Source: Candidatus Saccharimonadales bacterium (GTDB lineage Bacteria; Patescibacteriota; Saccharimonadia; Saccharimonadales; UBA10212). Taken from it: a DNA stretch of 44,815 bases. Positions 25,960-37,500 of the stretch are shown piece by piece (the stretch's first letter is position 1; every line of letters starts with the position of its first letter). The stretch lies in contig JBBDZU010000003.1 of the NCBI GenBank assembly GCA_040900055.1, positions 1-44,815 on the forward strand, in the 5' to 3' direction. The notes below the pieces were generated by a model. The model saw only the letters and a list, made by a program, of their open reading frames with translations. It had not been told where the DNA came from and made no database searches. Both the position numbers and the translations under genes were made by a program.

Positions 25960-28512
25960 TTAATTGCCTATAGCGGTACCGCCTACGATATTAGTGCCGC
26001 CCTCTATTCTTACTTCTAATGAAGCCGTCGTAAAACTAAAAATAGCCGAACTTGAGCTAAATATGTTAGAACCCCCAGGATCAATCGCATAAGCTCGCCA
26101 CCAATACTGAGTATTAGGGTCCAAAGGGGGATGAAGATAACGGTGCATTGCCATCGTTGATCCGCTAATTGTTGAGGAGCCAGTATATGCACTCCCGATT
26201 TGCTGGTCTTGGTTAAACCAGCCGCTTTGTGAATCGACCTGATTAATAGTTCTAACAATTGACGAACAGTTGCTAGTAGAACAAACGTCGATTTTGTACT
26301 GCAAGTAGTCATTATCGGCATCAGTGGTTCGCAGTTGAAATTCCGGCCTGGTCGTAAGGTTTGTAATCGTATCAGCCGGTAGTGAAAGAGTGGGGGCCGC
26401 CGGAGGACTTTGAGTATCTCCTACCGTAGCTGTAGGATATTCACAAACTGCCGACGAGCCATTCTTGGTGCAACTGCTCTGCTCTGTTCCACTCGTATTT
26501 TTTATCTGGTACCGTAGCAAAGGATTTAGGTCGGTTAAGCTACCGCCGCTGGCACTAGCGCCAAGGTCATAAACTCTAAAATAATATGTGCCGGCTGAAG
26601 CGCCATTGTTCTGAAGGGTATAGTCGTACTCTCGCACTGTGCTTGCTGAATGGTCAGAGTTAGCAGCAGCAGCCGTGCCGTTTTCCACGGCATTCCCATT
26701 AGCGGTAGAGCCTGTCAAAAGGCTTGATGGCACAGCCGCATCGTCTGTCAGCCCGCCGTCGGCATAGCGCCAGGCCGTGCCACTGCCTTGTGCTCCTACG
26801 TCAGTCCATGTGCACGAAAGTGAATCAGGGCAGCCAGCTCCGGTGCTGTATTGCAGTTTTTTCCTCGTATCTGTCTGGCTCATGCCGCCGGCTTCTTTTA
26901 GGTTAAATCTGAGTCTAACACTGTTATTATTTGAAATGGTCGCAGTTGTGCTTTCAGCGGCTAAAGCTGTGGTTGGATTACCAGCCGTAATCTCGTCATC
27001 GTACCAGCGCCAGTTCATACTCCAGGCCGCGTATGGTTTGTAGGTAAACGACCAGGCTCTTTGGGCGTGCTGTGTGTTGACGCTACAGCCTGAAGTGGTT
27101 GTAATTGTCGAGTTCTCCATGTTGGTCGAAATTAATGATTCAAAACTGCTGCCGCCCCACTCCTGGGCACGGATGGCACAGTCAATATCGTCTTTTATAT
27201 TCATAATTTCATCTGAATTAGGAGATGCAAAAAGCTGGTGCCCATTGATTGTATCGACATTATTTCCGGTTGCGTTGAACCATCCACTGAAACCGGTGCC
27301 GTTCGTCCAAGTGTTATAGCTATTTGCCAGAGTACCCGTAGTAACGAACAAGGCTTGAGGAGTGCCGGTGTTGGCCTTCTCCCATGCCACCGATAAATTT
27401 TCTCCAGTTAGGTTGGGGGGAGCTTGATCAGAGCCGCTGGTCCAATCTGCGGTAGAACCATCGGATTTCCAAATCCTCGGAGAGACATTTAATCCGAAGC
27501 CCGCGAGAGTTTCCTCCCAACCATCAAATAGGGCGATGCGATTGCTAAGTGGATGTGAAGCTAGCTTAACCCAATACCAGTTGTAGTCATCTTCGATACC
27601 GCCTAGTCCTACTACAATGGAAAGTGCCCCACCCCACCCCACCCCAGTTGAAGTCCGATACAACAAAGTTCCGGCGTTAATAATAGAAAAATATTCTCCA
27701 TATGTGATCATGGCTGTACCCGACAGTGTTTCCCAGGCAACGTCGAATGGTCTAGTTGTAATTGAGGAAAGATTCGTGCTAACGACTTTGTCATCAGTGG
27801 TCGACCAAGCAGTGCCGGTCCAGCGTGTTACATAAAGGTCATTGTTCGTATCCGAGACAGCTAATAATATTTCGTTACTGCGCTTGTCGCCCATTTGTTC
27901 ACCGTAGGCGGCTAGTTTTACCCACCTAGGACTACCTGTAAGTGAAGTTGTGCCGTCGTTTAGTGTTATGTCATTCGTACCGTCCGTTGGCGCGCAGTTA
28001 CTGACCGGCCCCCAGGAAGTACCATCATACAGACAGTAATAGAGCTTCCCCGTAACGCCATTACTGCCATAAACCACCATGGCACGACCCGATTGTTGCT
28101 CATAGGCAATATCAAAAGCTTGGGTGACAGTGTTAGTGGGAAGCACCGTGGTGTTCCACTGGGAGGTCATGTCTCCCGCAGCACTACAGGCATCCACACA
28201 CTTTAGTATATCCAGCCGTCCGTCCGCTTTTTGTTGGCCGATAATTTTTTCCTGCCTCATGGGAGCAGCTTTAGCTGCTACAAACTGGATGGCACTTGAT
28301 GTGGTTGAGGTGCCATTAATTTCACTTCCCATCGAGCCAGGGGATCCGGAGGTATAAGTTTGGAATTTTTGTTGACCAAGATTGGCAGCATCTCCATAAA
28401 AATGCACCCCGTCATTATTCACAGCAGCTTGGATGTGCGGCAGGAAATACCATAAAAACATCCCAGTGATCGCAAAAGATAATAAAATCGTAAGCTTGCG
28501 GCGTAGCTTCAT
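25960..28512 (-). CDS. Large secreted or anchored protein: Trp/Tyr-rich propeller-like repeats plus C-terminal Ig/FN3-like domain
   Basis: ATG at 28512 (MKLRRKLTILLSFAITGMFLW) has GGGAG 7 nt upstream and lies 1 nt after the giant gene's TAA. The track start 28533 overlaps that gene by 20 nt. C-terminus reads ...TRPEFQLRTTDADNDYLQYKIDV...YWWRAYAIDPGG. Confidence 0.7.
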   Translation of the reverse strand: MKLRRKLTILLSFAITGMFLWYFLPHIQAAVNNDGVHFYGDAANLGQQKFQTYTSGSPGSMGSEINGTSTTSSAIQFVAAKAAPMRQEKIIGQQKADGRLDILKCVDACSAAGDMTSQWNTTVLPTNTVTQAFDIAYEQQSGRAMVVYGSNGVTGKLYYCLYDGTSWGPVSNCAPTDGTNDITLNDGTTSLTGSPRWVKLAAYGEQMGDKRSNEILLAVSDTNNDLYVTRWTGTAWSTTDDKVVSTNLSSITTRPFDVAWETLSGTAMITYGEYFSIINAGTLLYRTSTGVGWGGALSIVVGLGGIEDDYNWYWVKLASHPLSNRIALFDGWEETLAGFGLNVSPRIWKSDGSTADWTSGSDQAPPNLTGENLSVAWEKANTGTPQALFVTTGTLANSYNTWTNGTGFSGWFNATGNNVDTINGHQLFASPNSDEIMNIKDDIDCAIRAQEWGGSSFESLISTNMENSTITTTSGCSVNTQHAQRAWSFTYKPYAAWSMNWRWYDDEITAGNPTTALAAESTTATISNNNSVRLRFNLKEAGGMSQTDTRKKLQYSTGAGCPDSLSCTWTDVGAQGSGTAWRYADGGLTDDAAVPSSLLTGSTANGNAVENGTAAAANSDHSASTVREYDYTLQNNGASAGTYYFRVYDLGASASGGSLTDLNPLLRYQIKNTSGTEQSSCTKNGSSAVCEYPTATVGDTQSPPAAPTLSLPADTITNLTTRPEFQLRTTDADNDYLQYKIDVCSTSNCSSIVRTINQVDSQSGWFNQDQQIGSAYTGSSTISGSTMAMHRYLHPPLDPNTQYWWRAYAIDPGGSNIFSSSSAIFSFTTASLEVRIEGGTNIVGGTAIGN

Positions 28513-28513
28513 C

Positions 28514-31500
28514 TTATTGCTCCCTGTCCTCATCGCTTAGAGTAACTGCCGCATTTTTAATCGCCGTGGCTAGCCAGCTAAAGTTAATGTCCTCGGTTGC
28601 GGTTTTGTTCAGGTAGATGGTAAAGCCGCTGGCAGTCACATTGCCGACGGCGTAGCTATAGCCGCCTTCAACTAATCTCTGCTGCTTAGCTTCGGCGGTG
28701 TCTGCGCCGTCGGCGGAATCTTCCAGTTCAAAGTTGGCAACCACAATCGGTGGCTGCTCGTATGGCGAGCTGAATTTAATTTGCACTTTGGCGGCGCCTT
28801 GTTTAATTACGGCGTGGCCGCCGGCGTCTTTGTTAAATACCGCCCGTCCGTAGAAGTTAACCAGGTCGTTAAAGTCGGCTCGGCCTCTGAACTCAGCCAG
28901 CGCCATAAAGACGGACTTGCCTTTAAACAAAGCATCGCCGGTGACGGTTAAGCCGCCTTGGGTTTCCAGTTGACCAAGAGTAGTTAAGCTAACAGCCGTC
29001 ACCGGGCTGTCAAAGCTTACTTTAGTTAAATCAACTTCTTCTGGAGCGCTGTTTTGACCGGCAGCGGAATCGTCGGTTGGGACGCTACCTTCTGCCAAAG
29101 AATCAGTTTTTGTCTCCAAACTGGATATTTTACCGGCAAGAATCTCCAGCCCTTCAATCTGGTTGGCTTTAATCTTATCGGCATAAAGAGTACCCCTGAC
29201 GTACACGTCGTGATCAAAGACCGCGTCCTCACCAATAGCTGCCAAGAAATTTATCAAACCATTCTGGGCGTCCAGAGTGCCCAAGTCAGAAGTGATTGGT
29301 GGAGCATCCTTTATGTCTGAGTCATAAGGAACCTCCGTCGTAGCACTAGGATTAGACTGGCTGTTGACGGGGGGATCATCAGTCCAGACTCGGAAGTAAT
29401 CAATCTGTAAATCAAAGGACGTACTCACGGTAGTGCTAATCATTGCAGCCACTCCAAGGGCTGACGTAACGCCGCTCGGGTTGGCCGTCCCGCAGTCGGT
29501 AAAATTGATCCCGTTCGAGATATCAGGGTCTACCTTGAACCGAACCACCGTCGAACTCTCCACAATCATTTCAAGTAGGGCAAACTGGGTCGTCGAAACG
29601 GCCACTCCACACGCGACATCAATATTTGATCCGCTAGCGGGATTGACTCTGCCTACCCAGTTACCACCATCGGCGTTAGTAAAGTAGACGCCCTCTGCTG
29701 GCTCAGCATTAGTGGTATGGTTACCCCAAAGGCCCACCCAGGTATCGCCATCTGCCGCTGCCCGTGTAGGTTTGGCTTTCACCAGTGTCCGCGGAAGATT
29801 CGACACGCTTGTAATAAGCGATGAGTTGCCGATAGCAGTCCCCATGAAGATTAAACAACCGGTAGAAGCAGCGGAATTGAGACGTGCGTAACTTACCGCC
29901 CCCTCTATCACGCCAAAGGTGCAAGCAGTAATCTCATCAGTTTTCCAGCGCTGGTCATCACCAAATACCAAGCTCTCAGCCGTCGAGTTTGCAATCTCAA
30001 AATTAAAATCTTGGCTGAAGTAGCCGTCATAAGACACGAAGCCGCGTGTACTCCGGGCAAAGCCGTATTTATTGACGCCAAAAATTTCTGAACCTAGGTC
30101 ATCTTCAATCGTGAGTGGCAGACCGCCATTCGCGATCTGAGAGACATCTACTACTATCTTTAAACCATTTCCTGTATAGGCACCCGCGTCGGCGGCGTCC
30201 ATAGTGATCTGCAGGCCGTCGCCGGCGAACGTGCCGCCGGTAGCCGGATTTACTGTAAGTTGCAATAAATCCAAAGTATGAGCAGCATTAGAGGTTTCAG
30301 TAATTACAACTGGTACCCCGCCAGCAGTTTCAATGGTGGCCCCGGAATCGTAGGCGGTTTGTAAACTTCCGCCTCCGCAGCCGGTACAAGAAGCCACAGT
30401 TAGAGCGCCAGCTGAAGTTAAGCTGGCGTTAGTGAACGAGAATATGTTGCTACCTGCTGTAGTGCCGCCAATCAATGTGTCCCAGCCAGTACCTATATTT
30501 AGGGCTACTTCGGTTACGTTTGCATTTCCGCCGCTGAGGTTGGCAATGTCTATGCCTCGTAAAATGTCACTGTCTGCGCCAGTATCCACTGAAGTTACGT
30601 CTATATTAAGGGCCGAAACAGTATCGGCGGTCGCATCATTCCCCAGCGTCAGGTTAATATCCTGCAAAGAACCGGTGTTGGTGACCGTACAGCTGCTGCT
30701 GCAGAATTTAAAGTTGCTATCATCGTCCAAAGCCAGCACCAAATCACCCGTACCGCCAGGCGTTATTGTGACATCTGAATCGGTACCTGATTGGATAGTG
30801 ATTGGCCCGGAACCAGTGCCGACCCTAACCGTACCGGCAGAGGCACTATAAACGGCTTCGCCGCTTTCGTATTTAATCAGCGCGTAATCGGTTGGCGAGG
30901 CAATGTTTTCAAAGATTCGAAGTTCACTGGATGAAGTATTAAAGGCCAGACCGTTATTGCCGCTGGCATCCTGAATCACAAACCCCGTTGTGCTATCGCC
31001 GTCGGCTTTAAACAGGAATTCAGTGGCACTGCTTGGCTGAATGGTCAGCATGTTGTCGCCGTTGCTTTGGATTTCGAACTTACTGGTTGAGCCAGTGGCG
31101 ATATTGAACAGAAAATCAGGATCAGTTGCCACGTCTGGAGCGTTAATTACCAAGTTTTTACCAGTGGCCAGATCAATCGTGGCTGGGCTGGTGGAGTTAT
31201 TATAGACCTCTTGGAGTGTGGCAGAACCGGCACCGCCTGTATCAAGGTCAGTGACTGTACCGTTTTGGCATTTTTTCAGTTTTCCGTCGGTAGAATTAGC
31301 CCAAACCGCGTACAAGCCGGCACCGCAGGTTGGGTTGCCGGCCTCTTCGGTAAATTCCAGATAGTCATTGCCGCTAGCGTTACCGATGCTAACTAACTCG
31401 TCAAAGGCAGAACTGCCCATAACGGTGGTTAAAGCGCCGGCTTTGGAAATATTCACGGCATTGGCGTTAGTAGTTCCTATATCTACGTTGGCCGCCCCGC

Positions 31501-34500
31501 CAGCATCGACCGTCAGGATATTAGCGCCGCCAGATGAAACTGTTAGAGCTCCGCTACCCGTATAGCTTTGCCCGGCAGCTACAGTTACCGTCCCGGCATT
31601 CGAAACGTCAAAGTTAGTGGCATTAATTAGATTAGTGAATGTGCCGGTGAAGGTTAAACCATTGGTGATAGCCCCGGCAGTTCTAATAATTTCAATACCG
31701 TTTGTTAAAGTACCCGTCCCAGTTTGTCCTACTATAAGCCCGGAAGTTACCGTTTCGGCAGCGTTAGCATTGTTTAGATAAGCCAGTGCTGTTGGCACTC
31801 CAAAGTTGGCGCCATTATCAGTGTTGGTAACTGATAAGCCATAGCCATAGCTACCACCAACAATCTCATTATGCGTTAAGTTAATGGCTAACGATGTTTC
31901 AGACGCGGCTCCCGTATAAGTAGAGTTTAACTTGACATTGGAGTCGTCATCTAAAGTAAAAATAGCATCGCTAGCACCATTAGGTTGTACAGTGACCCCG
32001 CCACTATCATCGAACGTAGCAAAAGCAGTTCCGCCGTCACGAATTTCAAAGTCTGCGGTACCGCTTAAGTTGAACCAAACATCTCCTACGTCGGTGCCGC
32101 CGGCTGTCACTTGAAGTGGTGAGGCGGTTGAGGTAGCTAAAGTTACTAACTCAAGCAGGGCTTGCTGGTCCTGAGTACCGGAGGTCGAGGCGCTGGATTC
32201 TGAGATTGTTAGCCCTGAATCTATAGCCGCACTTGTAAAGTCCCAGTTCCAGAAGACGGAGTTAGCATTTGAATCTTGGGCAGTGCCTTCGCCAGTCGCG
32301 GCGGTAATTTGATCCAAGCGCGTAGTAGTGGAATTATCATCCGCTGCACAGGCCCAGCCGCCGGCATCGGTCCACTTAAGCAGTTCGTTGTCGGCACAGG
32401 TTTCAATCATTGACAGGCCGCTGGCATCAACCTGCAGGCCGGTGGCGACCGCCAGCGAGTTGCCCAGGTCAAGAGTGATGGAATCAGCGGCCGCTGTAAT
32501 GCCATCGCCAGCGCCAACCGCTAGAGTTGGCGTAGAACCTTCGCCGCTGGCATCACCGGTGAGACCTGCCCCAGCTGTGATGGTAGCTACATAGTCGTTA
32601 CTCGTTTCGCTACCCAGCGCAATACCGTCATCCAGGGCATTTAATTCAGCGGCTGAAATAAATGTGCCGTTATTGTCAAAAATATTGTCCCAGTTGGCCC
32701 CTATGCGAAAAGCATTGGTAGTACCGGTCGGATTGGTTATGCCGGCTATGTCAATTGCCGACACTCTGTCGCCGGCTTCGGTAGCTCCGGCCGGGTCAAC
32801 CACCAGCCGTATACCGGCGTTATCCCTATCACCGACTGCCGCGGCAGTCACCAGATTAATCTGCAGGCCATCTACCTGATCAGTAACCGTACCCTGCCCG
32901 CTGTTAGAAGCCAAAATTAAGTCGTTAACAGGTGCTGTAGGTGCTGTAACGTGCAGAATAGCGCTGGGCGTGGCCGTACCGATGCCTACTAAGCCGCCGT
33001 TCTGCTGCAGGATAATGTAGCCTTTGGAAACATTGGCCGTGGAATCCAGAATCAAGTCCTCGCCGGCAGCCGTACCACCAAAGAGTGATTGCCCGCCGCT
33101 GCGGCCGGCCAATAAGGCGTATTGGCTGTGATCGTCATCTGCCAGCCCGGACAGCGCGCCGTGATCGGTAACCACCGAGCCGCTAAAGAAGGTTTCAAAG
33201 GCCGTTTCCACCCTGGAGGCACTAGCGGCGTTTTTTTGGAACAATACCCGACCGATCAGGGTGGATAGGTCGCTGATACGTTCCGGCACCGCGGCCGGCG
33301 CGTTAGCATCCTGGGCTTCGGCCAAGCTGGAATATTGATTTTGATCATAAACAGACAGCAGCTTGCCACTATTTTGGACATAGAACCATTGGGCTGAGTA
33401 GTAATTATCAGTTAAGGTCGCGAGCGTACCGGAGCCATCGTCATATTGAGTATTATTCCACTGGGTTTGGGCGGATTCTTTAATATAGCCGCCAGAGCCG
33501 TTGCGGTAGTAACGGTCAAAAGTATCAGTGCCTGAAGTGTCGATGGCGGCAATGTCAAATTCGTTTAGCCGGTCCCATAATTTTCCGGCGCTGACCGTTA
33601 GGTTGCGGGTGCCGGTTTCGCCTATGATCAGGCCACCGGTTCTTTTGTCGCGCACAAAGGGGTTGGTGCCGTAAAAACGCTCGATAACGTTGGTAGCTGC
33701 GTCGCCCGTCCACTGCGGATTATTGGTAATGTGCAGGGTGCCGCCTTCGTTAATCACGACTCCCAGCGGGAATTCGGTGTCATAATCCCAGGTGTCGGCG
33801 GCCTTTATAAATACCTGAGGTGAACCGGCGTTATATTGAACACCGACGTATCGTTTGCTGTTAGCCGGAATGGCTATGCCGCTAGCGGCTGCCCAGTCAA
33901 AGAACTTCAATTCGGCTATGTCGTCGTCGGTTGCCCTAATTAACCCTGTGCCGGCGCTGACGTTTATGTTACCGCTACCGGCATCAGTAATAACTCCGCC
34001 GGTAATTCGCCCAGGTGAAGGCACTTGATTAAAGAAATGCTGCAGGGTGGAATATGTCGAGCCGGCCACGCGTGTCAGCGGAATAGCGTTCCAGGCGGCG
34101 ATTGATTGGCCGGCTAGCTGAAAATTGGTAGCCGTGGCAGTGCCGGCTATGTCGGCACTGCCGTCGACTTCTAGTCCGCCTTGGACAAATAGGTCGTTAT
34201 CATCGGCTACCAAGCCGCTGTTAGCACTGCCGCCACTGTTGGCAATGGCGTTATAGGTTAGGCCGGCAGCCACGCCGCCGATTGCCAATACATCACCGTC
34301 ACTAAATATAATATTGCCCAACCCGGCATTTAAGGTCAAATTGCCAGCCGCGCCCGAAGCTAATGTTAGCCCTCCGGCGCCGGTGATATTACCGGTGTTA
34401 GTCAGATTACCGCTGGTATCAATCCTCAAACCGGTGGAATTTAAGCTAAAGGTATCTAGATTATCGATGCTGCCCAGGGTAATAGTGTCCGCTCCGGCTT

Positions 34501-37500
34501 CATTAATAAGTACCGAAGCGTTAAAGGTATGGTCAGCCGTCCAGGTAAAAACAAAATCCTGGTCAACCCTTACGGCATCACCACTGATCTCCAGGCCATC
34601 GCCGGTTGAAACATCCAAGGCATCGCCGTTGGCGGCTAAGCCGCTACCGGCTAACGCCGTTTCATCAATATTAAAGGTAACAGTATCGTCAGCTGAGCCG
34701 TTAATAGTTAAGTTAGTGCCACTGGCGGCCAGTACCAGGGTATCTGTAGTAGAATCCGCAACGGCGTCAGTACCGCTAACATCTATGGTGGTGAAGGCGT
34801 TGCCGTGGGTGTCGGTATCAGTGTCTACATCTGGCTGGCAAGCCCAGACGTCGGAGGTCTCATTCCACTTGAGGATTTCAGTGTCACCACAGCCCTGCAG
34901 CAAAGTCAAACCGCCAGCCAGGATTTCCATACCTGAGCCGGAAGAAGTAGTAGTGCTAAGCGCATTACCGCTAGCTTGCAAGGTTAAGGCAATGTCATCG
35001 GTATTAGCGACTATTCCTCCGTTGGCGGATACTATATTAATAGTAGGAGTACTGCCCTCGCCTGTGGCGTTGCCCGTTAAACCGGCGCCAGCCGTGAAGG
35101 AAGCTACATAATCATTGGTGGTGTCAGCGCCCAGAGCGACAGCATTCAAACCAACAGTTAACCCAGCACTAAAGGAGCCGGTTATGTCGCCGGTCGCCGG
35201 TGATTCACCGACGTTTACGTATACCGGATCAAGCGTGCCGCTGTAATTAGCACTAGATAATAAAGTACCGCTGCTGCCGGACAGCGTAAAGGTGCTGTCG
35301 GCCGCTAAATCACCGACGTCCAAAATCGCGAAGAAGCTGGGCGAAGCACCGCTTTCTAGAAGTTTTAATTCGCTGCTGGAATTATTTAAAACAATGTCAA
35401 AAGCGCCGGTTTGGCTCCAATCGGCGCTCAAGGGCCCCAGAGCTACAGCGTCCGAACTTATCTGGATACCGTTACCGGTGGTAATGTCCAAGCCATCTAC
35501 ATTTGCTACCAGCCCGGCGCCGGCTAAGACACTCTCTACTAGATTAAGAGTAACTGTATCCGTCGCTGAATCGCCGGTAATCGTCAGATTAGTGCCGCTA
35601 GCGGCCAAATTGAGCGTATCGGTTGAACTGTCGGCTACCGGATCAGTGCCGGCCGGCGTATTGATAGTTTCAAAGGTGTTTGCCCCGCCGCCACCAGCAT
35701 TATCAGAAGCACATCCCCAGCTAAAGCCGGTGTTGTCCCATTTTAGAACGTCGCCTTGGGAACAACCACGGAGCAACGAAAGTTCACTGCCAGCCAGCTC
35801 AAGTCCCGAAACTGAAGATGCTGTCGCTCCGTCAGCGGCTGTGGTATCTAATTTAATTTCTATAGTATCAGCATTAACGGCAATTCCGTTACCTGCGCCT
35901 ACCGCCAAGGTTGGAGTACTGCCCTCGCCGGTAGCATTCCCGGTCAAACCGCCGCCAGCTGTAAAGCTAGCTACATAATCATTAGTGGTATCAGCGCCCA
36001 AAGCCACAGAATTGGGGTCAATCGTCCAGATTGTGCCCGAACCCGAAACACTAATATCTCCTTTATCGCCATCAGAAACTCCTCCACCTCCGCCACTGTT
36101 GTCATCAGTACTACAAGCCCATGCCGAACTGTTCCACTTAAGAATTTCGCCGGAACTACAGCCGCCGATAAGACGCACTCCGTTGCTTGAAACCTCTAGT
36201 CCGGAGTTTGAGTCAAGCGTTGTTGTGGTTCCCGTTGTTAATATATCTACAGCTATGCTGTTGTCGGCGAGGCTGATACCTTCTCCCGCGCCCACCTTGA
36301 TAGTAACAGCGCCTTTATCGCCGCCTCCAGCCAGACCATCTCCGGCTATAATCTCCGTTATTGATGATCCTGTTGTAGTATTTCCATCAATCTTTATACC
36401 AGCGGCCAGTTTCTCAGAAGTGATCGAGCCGTCAGCAATGTCCTCTGTTGTAATACTCGCATCAATTATGTCTGTTCCGTCAATGGGCAGTATAGCTAGG
36501 TCGCCGTTTTCATTACCTGGCTCCCGGCCGTCTACGAAATCGCTATTTAAGTTCACTATCAACCCTTGATCCTCAAGCGCCAGCTTATCGCTGTCAAAAT
36601 ATAATGTATAAAGCGGCTGGACTTTGCCTTGGGCATCAGGCTGAAACACCTGGTTAACATCTGCAAACTGCAAATTTCTAGTAGCCACGGCATACTTTTT
36701 GTCATCTATCAGGTTAACGAATAGTAGTGACAGCTTTACCAGCGGCCTAAGATCGTCCTTCCAACCCCTGTGGTCTACATACTTTAAGCCGTTGTCTACT
36801 TTAAGGCCCGTATTAATCTGGGTAGTAGCTGATTTAACATCAGCACCTTGGTCTCCAGGAATAAGCGACAAGCCAAAAGTTTTGGCTGTCGAACTGGGAT
36901 TTATAAGAAAAGCCGCGGTTAAGGCGATAATAGCTGCCCCGAGCGGGATCAAAACTACTCCCAATATCCCAAAGCCAAGCAACACCCTTCTGCGCAGCCG
37001 ATGAATATTTGTATGGTGTTCGGTTACCAGATGGCGAACCGCCAGCCCCGTCCCCGGCTGCTTCTCCGTAGGTTCTTTGTCTTCATCTGCGGTTTGAAGC
37101 GCTTCTTCCAAATTAGAAGCTTTGAGCGGTTCCAAAACCTCTTCCTCGATTTCTTTTTGGCGGATAAAGTATTCGGAGTTTAAGAACTTCTCTAGGGTTT
37201 TGCGATCGTAACGGCGCTCGTTGTGCCCGTTTCTTATGGGTGATATTAAACCTTTACCCTCCAGCCTGCGTAGTGTAGAAGACGAGATCTTCAGCATTTT
37301 GGCGGCTTCGGAAATGCTAAGCGGCTGATTTAGCTTAGCTCTTTCCAGCTCCTCGATGGAGAAGTATCGATTCTTGCCGTCAGGCCGCGTAGATTTTAAG
37401 ACGCCAGCTTTGTCCCAACGTCTAACTGTATCAATCGAAACACCCAATATAGCAGCTGCCTGGCTAATAGAAACCAGGCTCTTAGACTTTGCGTCGCCAT

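Noticed and set aside
32330-36370. Regularly spaced DNA repeats in the giant gene as a CRISPR-like array
   Set aside because: The repeats are ~300-900 bp coding modules within one open reading frame, are only ~80 percent identical, and have no short unique spacers. No CRISPR array or cas gene is present anywhere in the window.
34314-36569. Long plus-strand ORFs (265, 228 and 194 aa; also 30432..30851 and others) antisense to the giant gene
   Set aside because: They are low-complexity P/S/A/V-rich translations lying entirely inside a much longer ORF on the opposite strand that contains recognisable domains. These are typical antisense shadow frames in GC/repeat-biased coding DNA.
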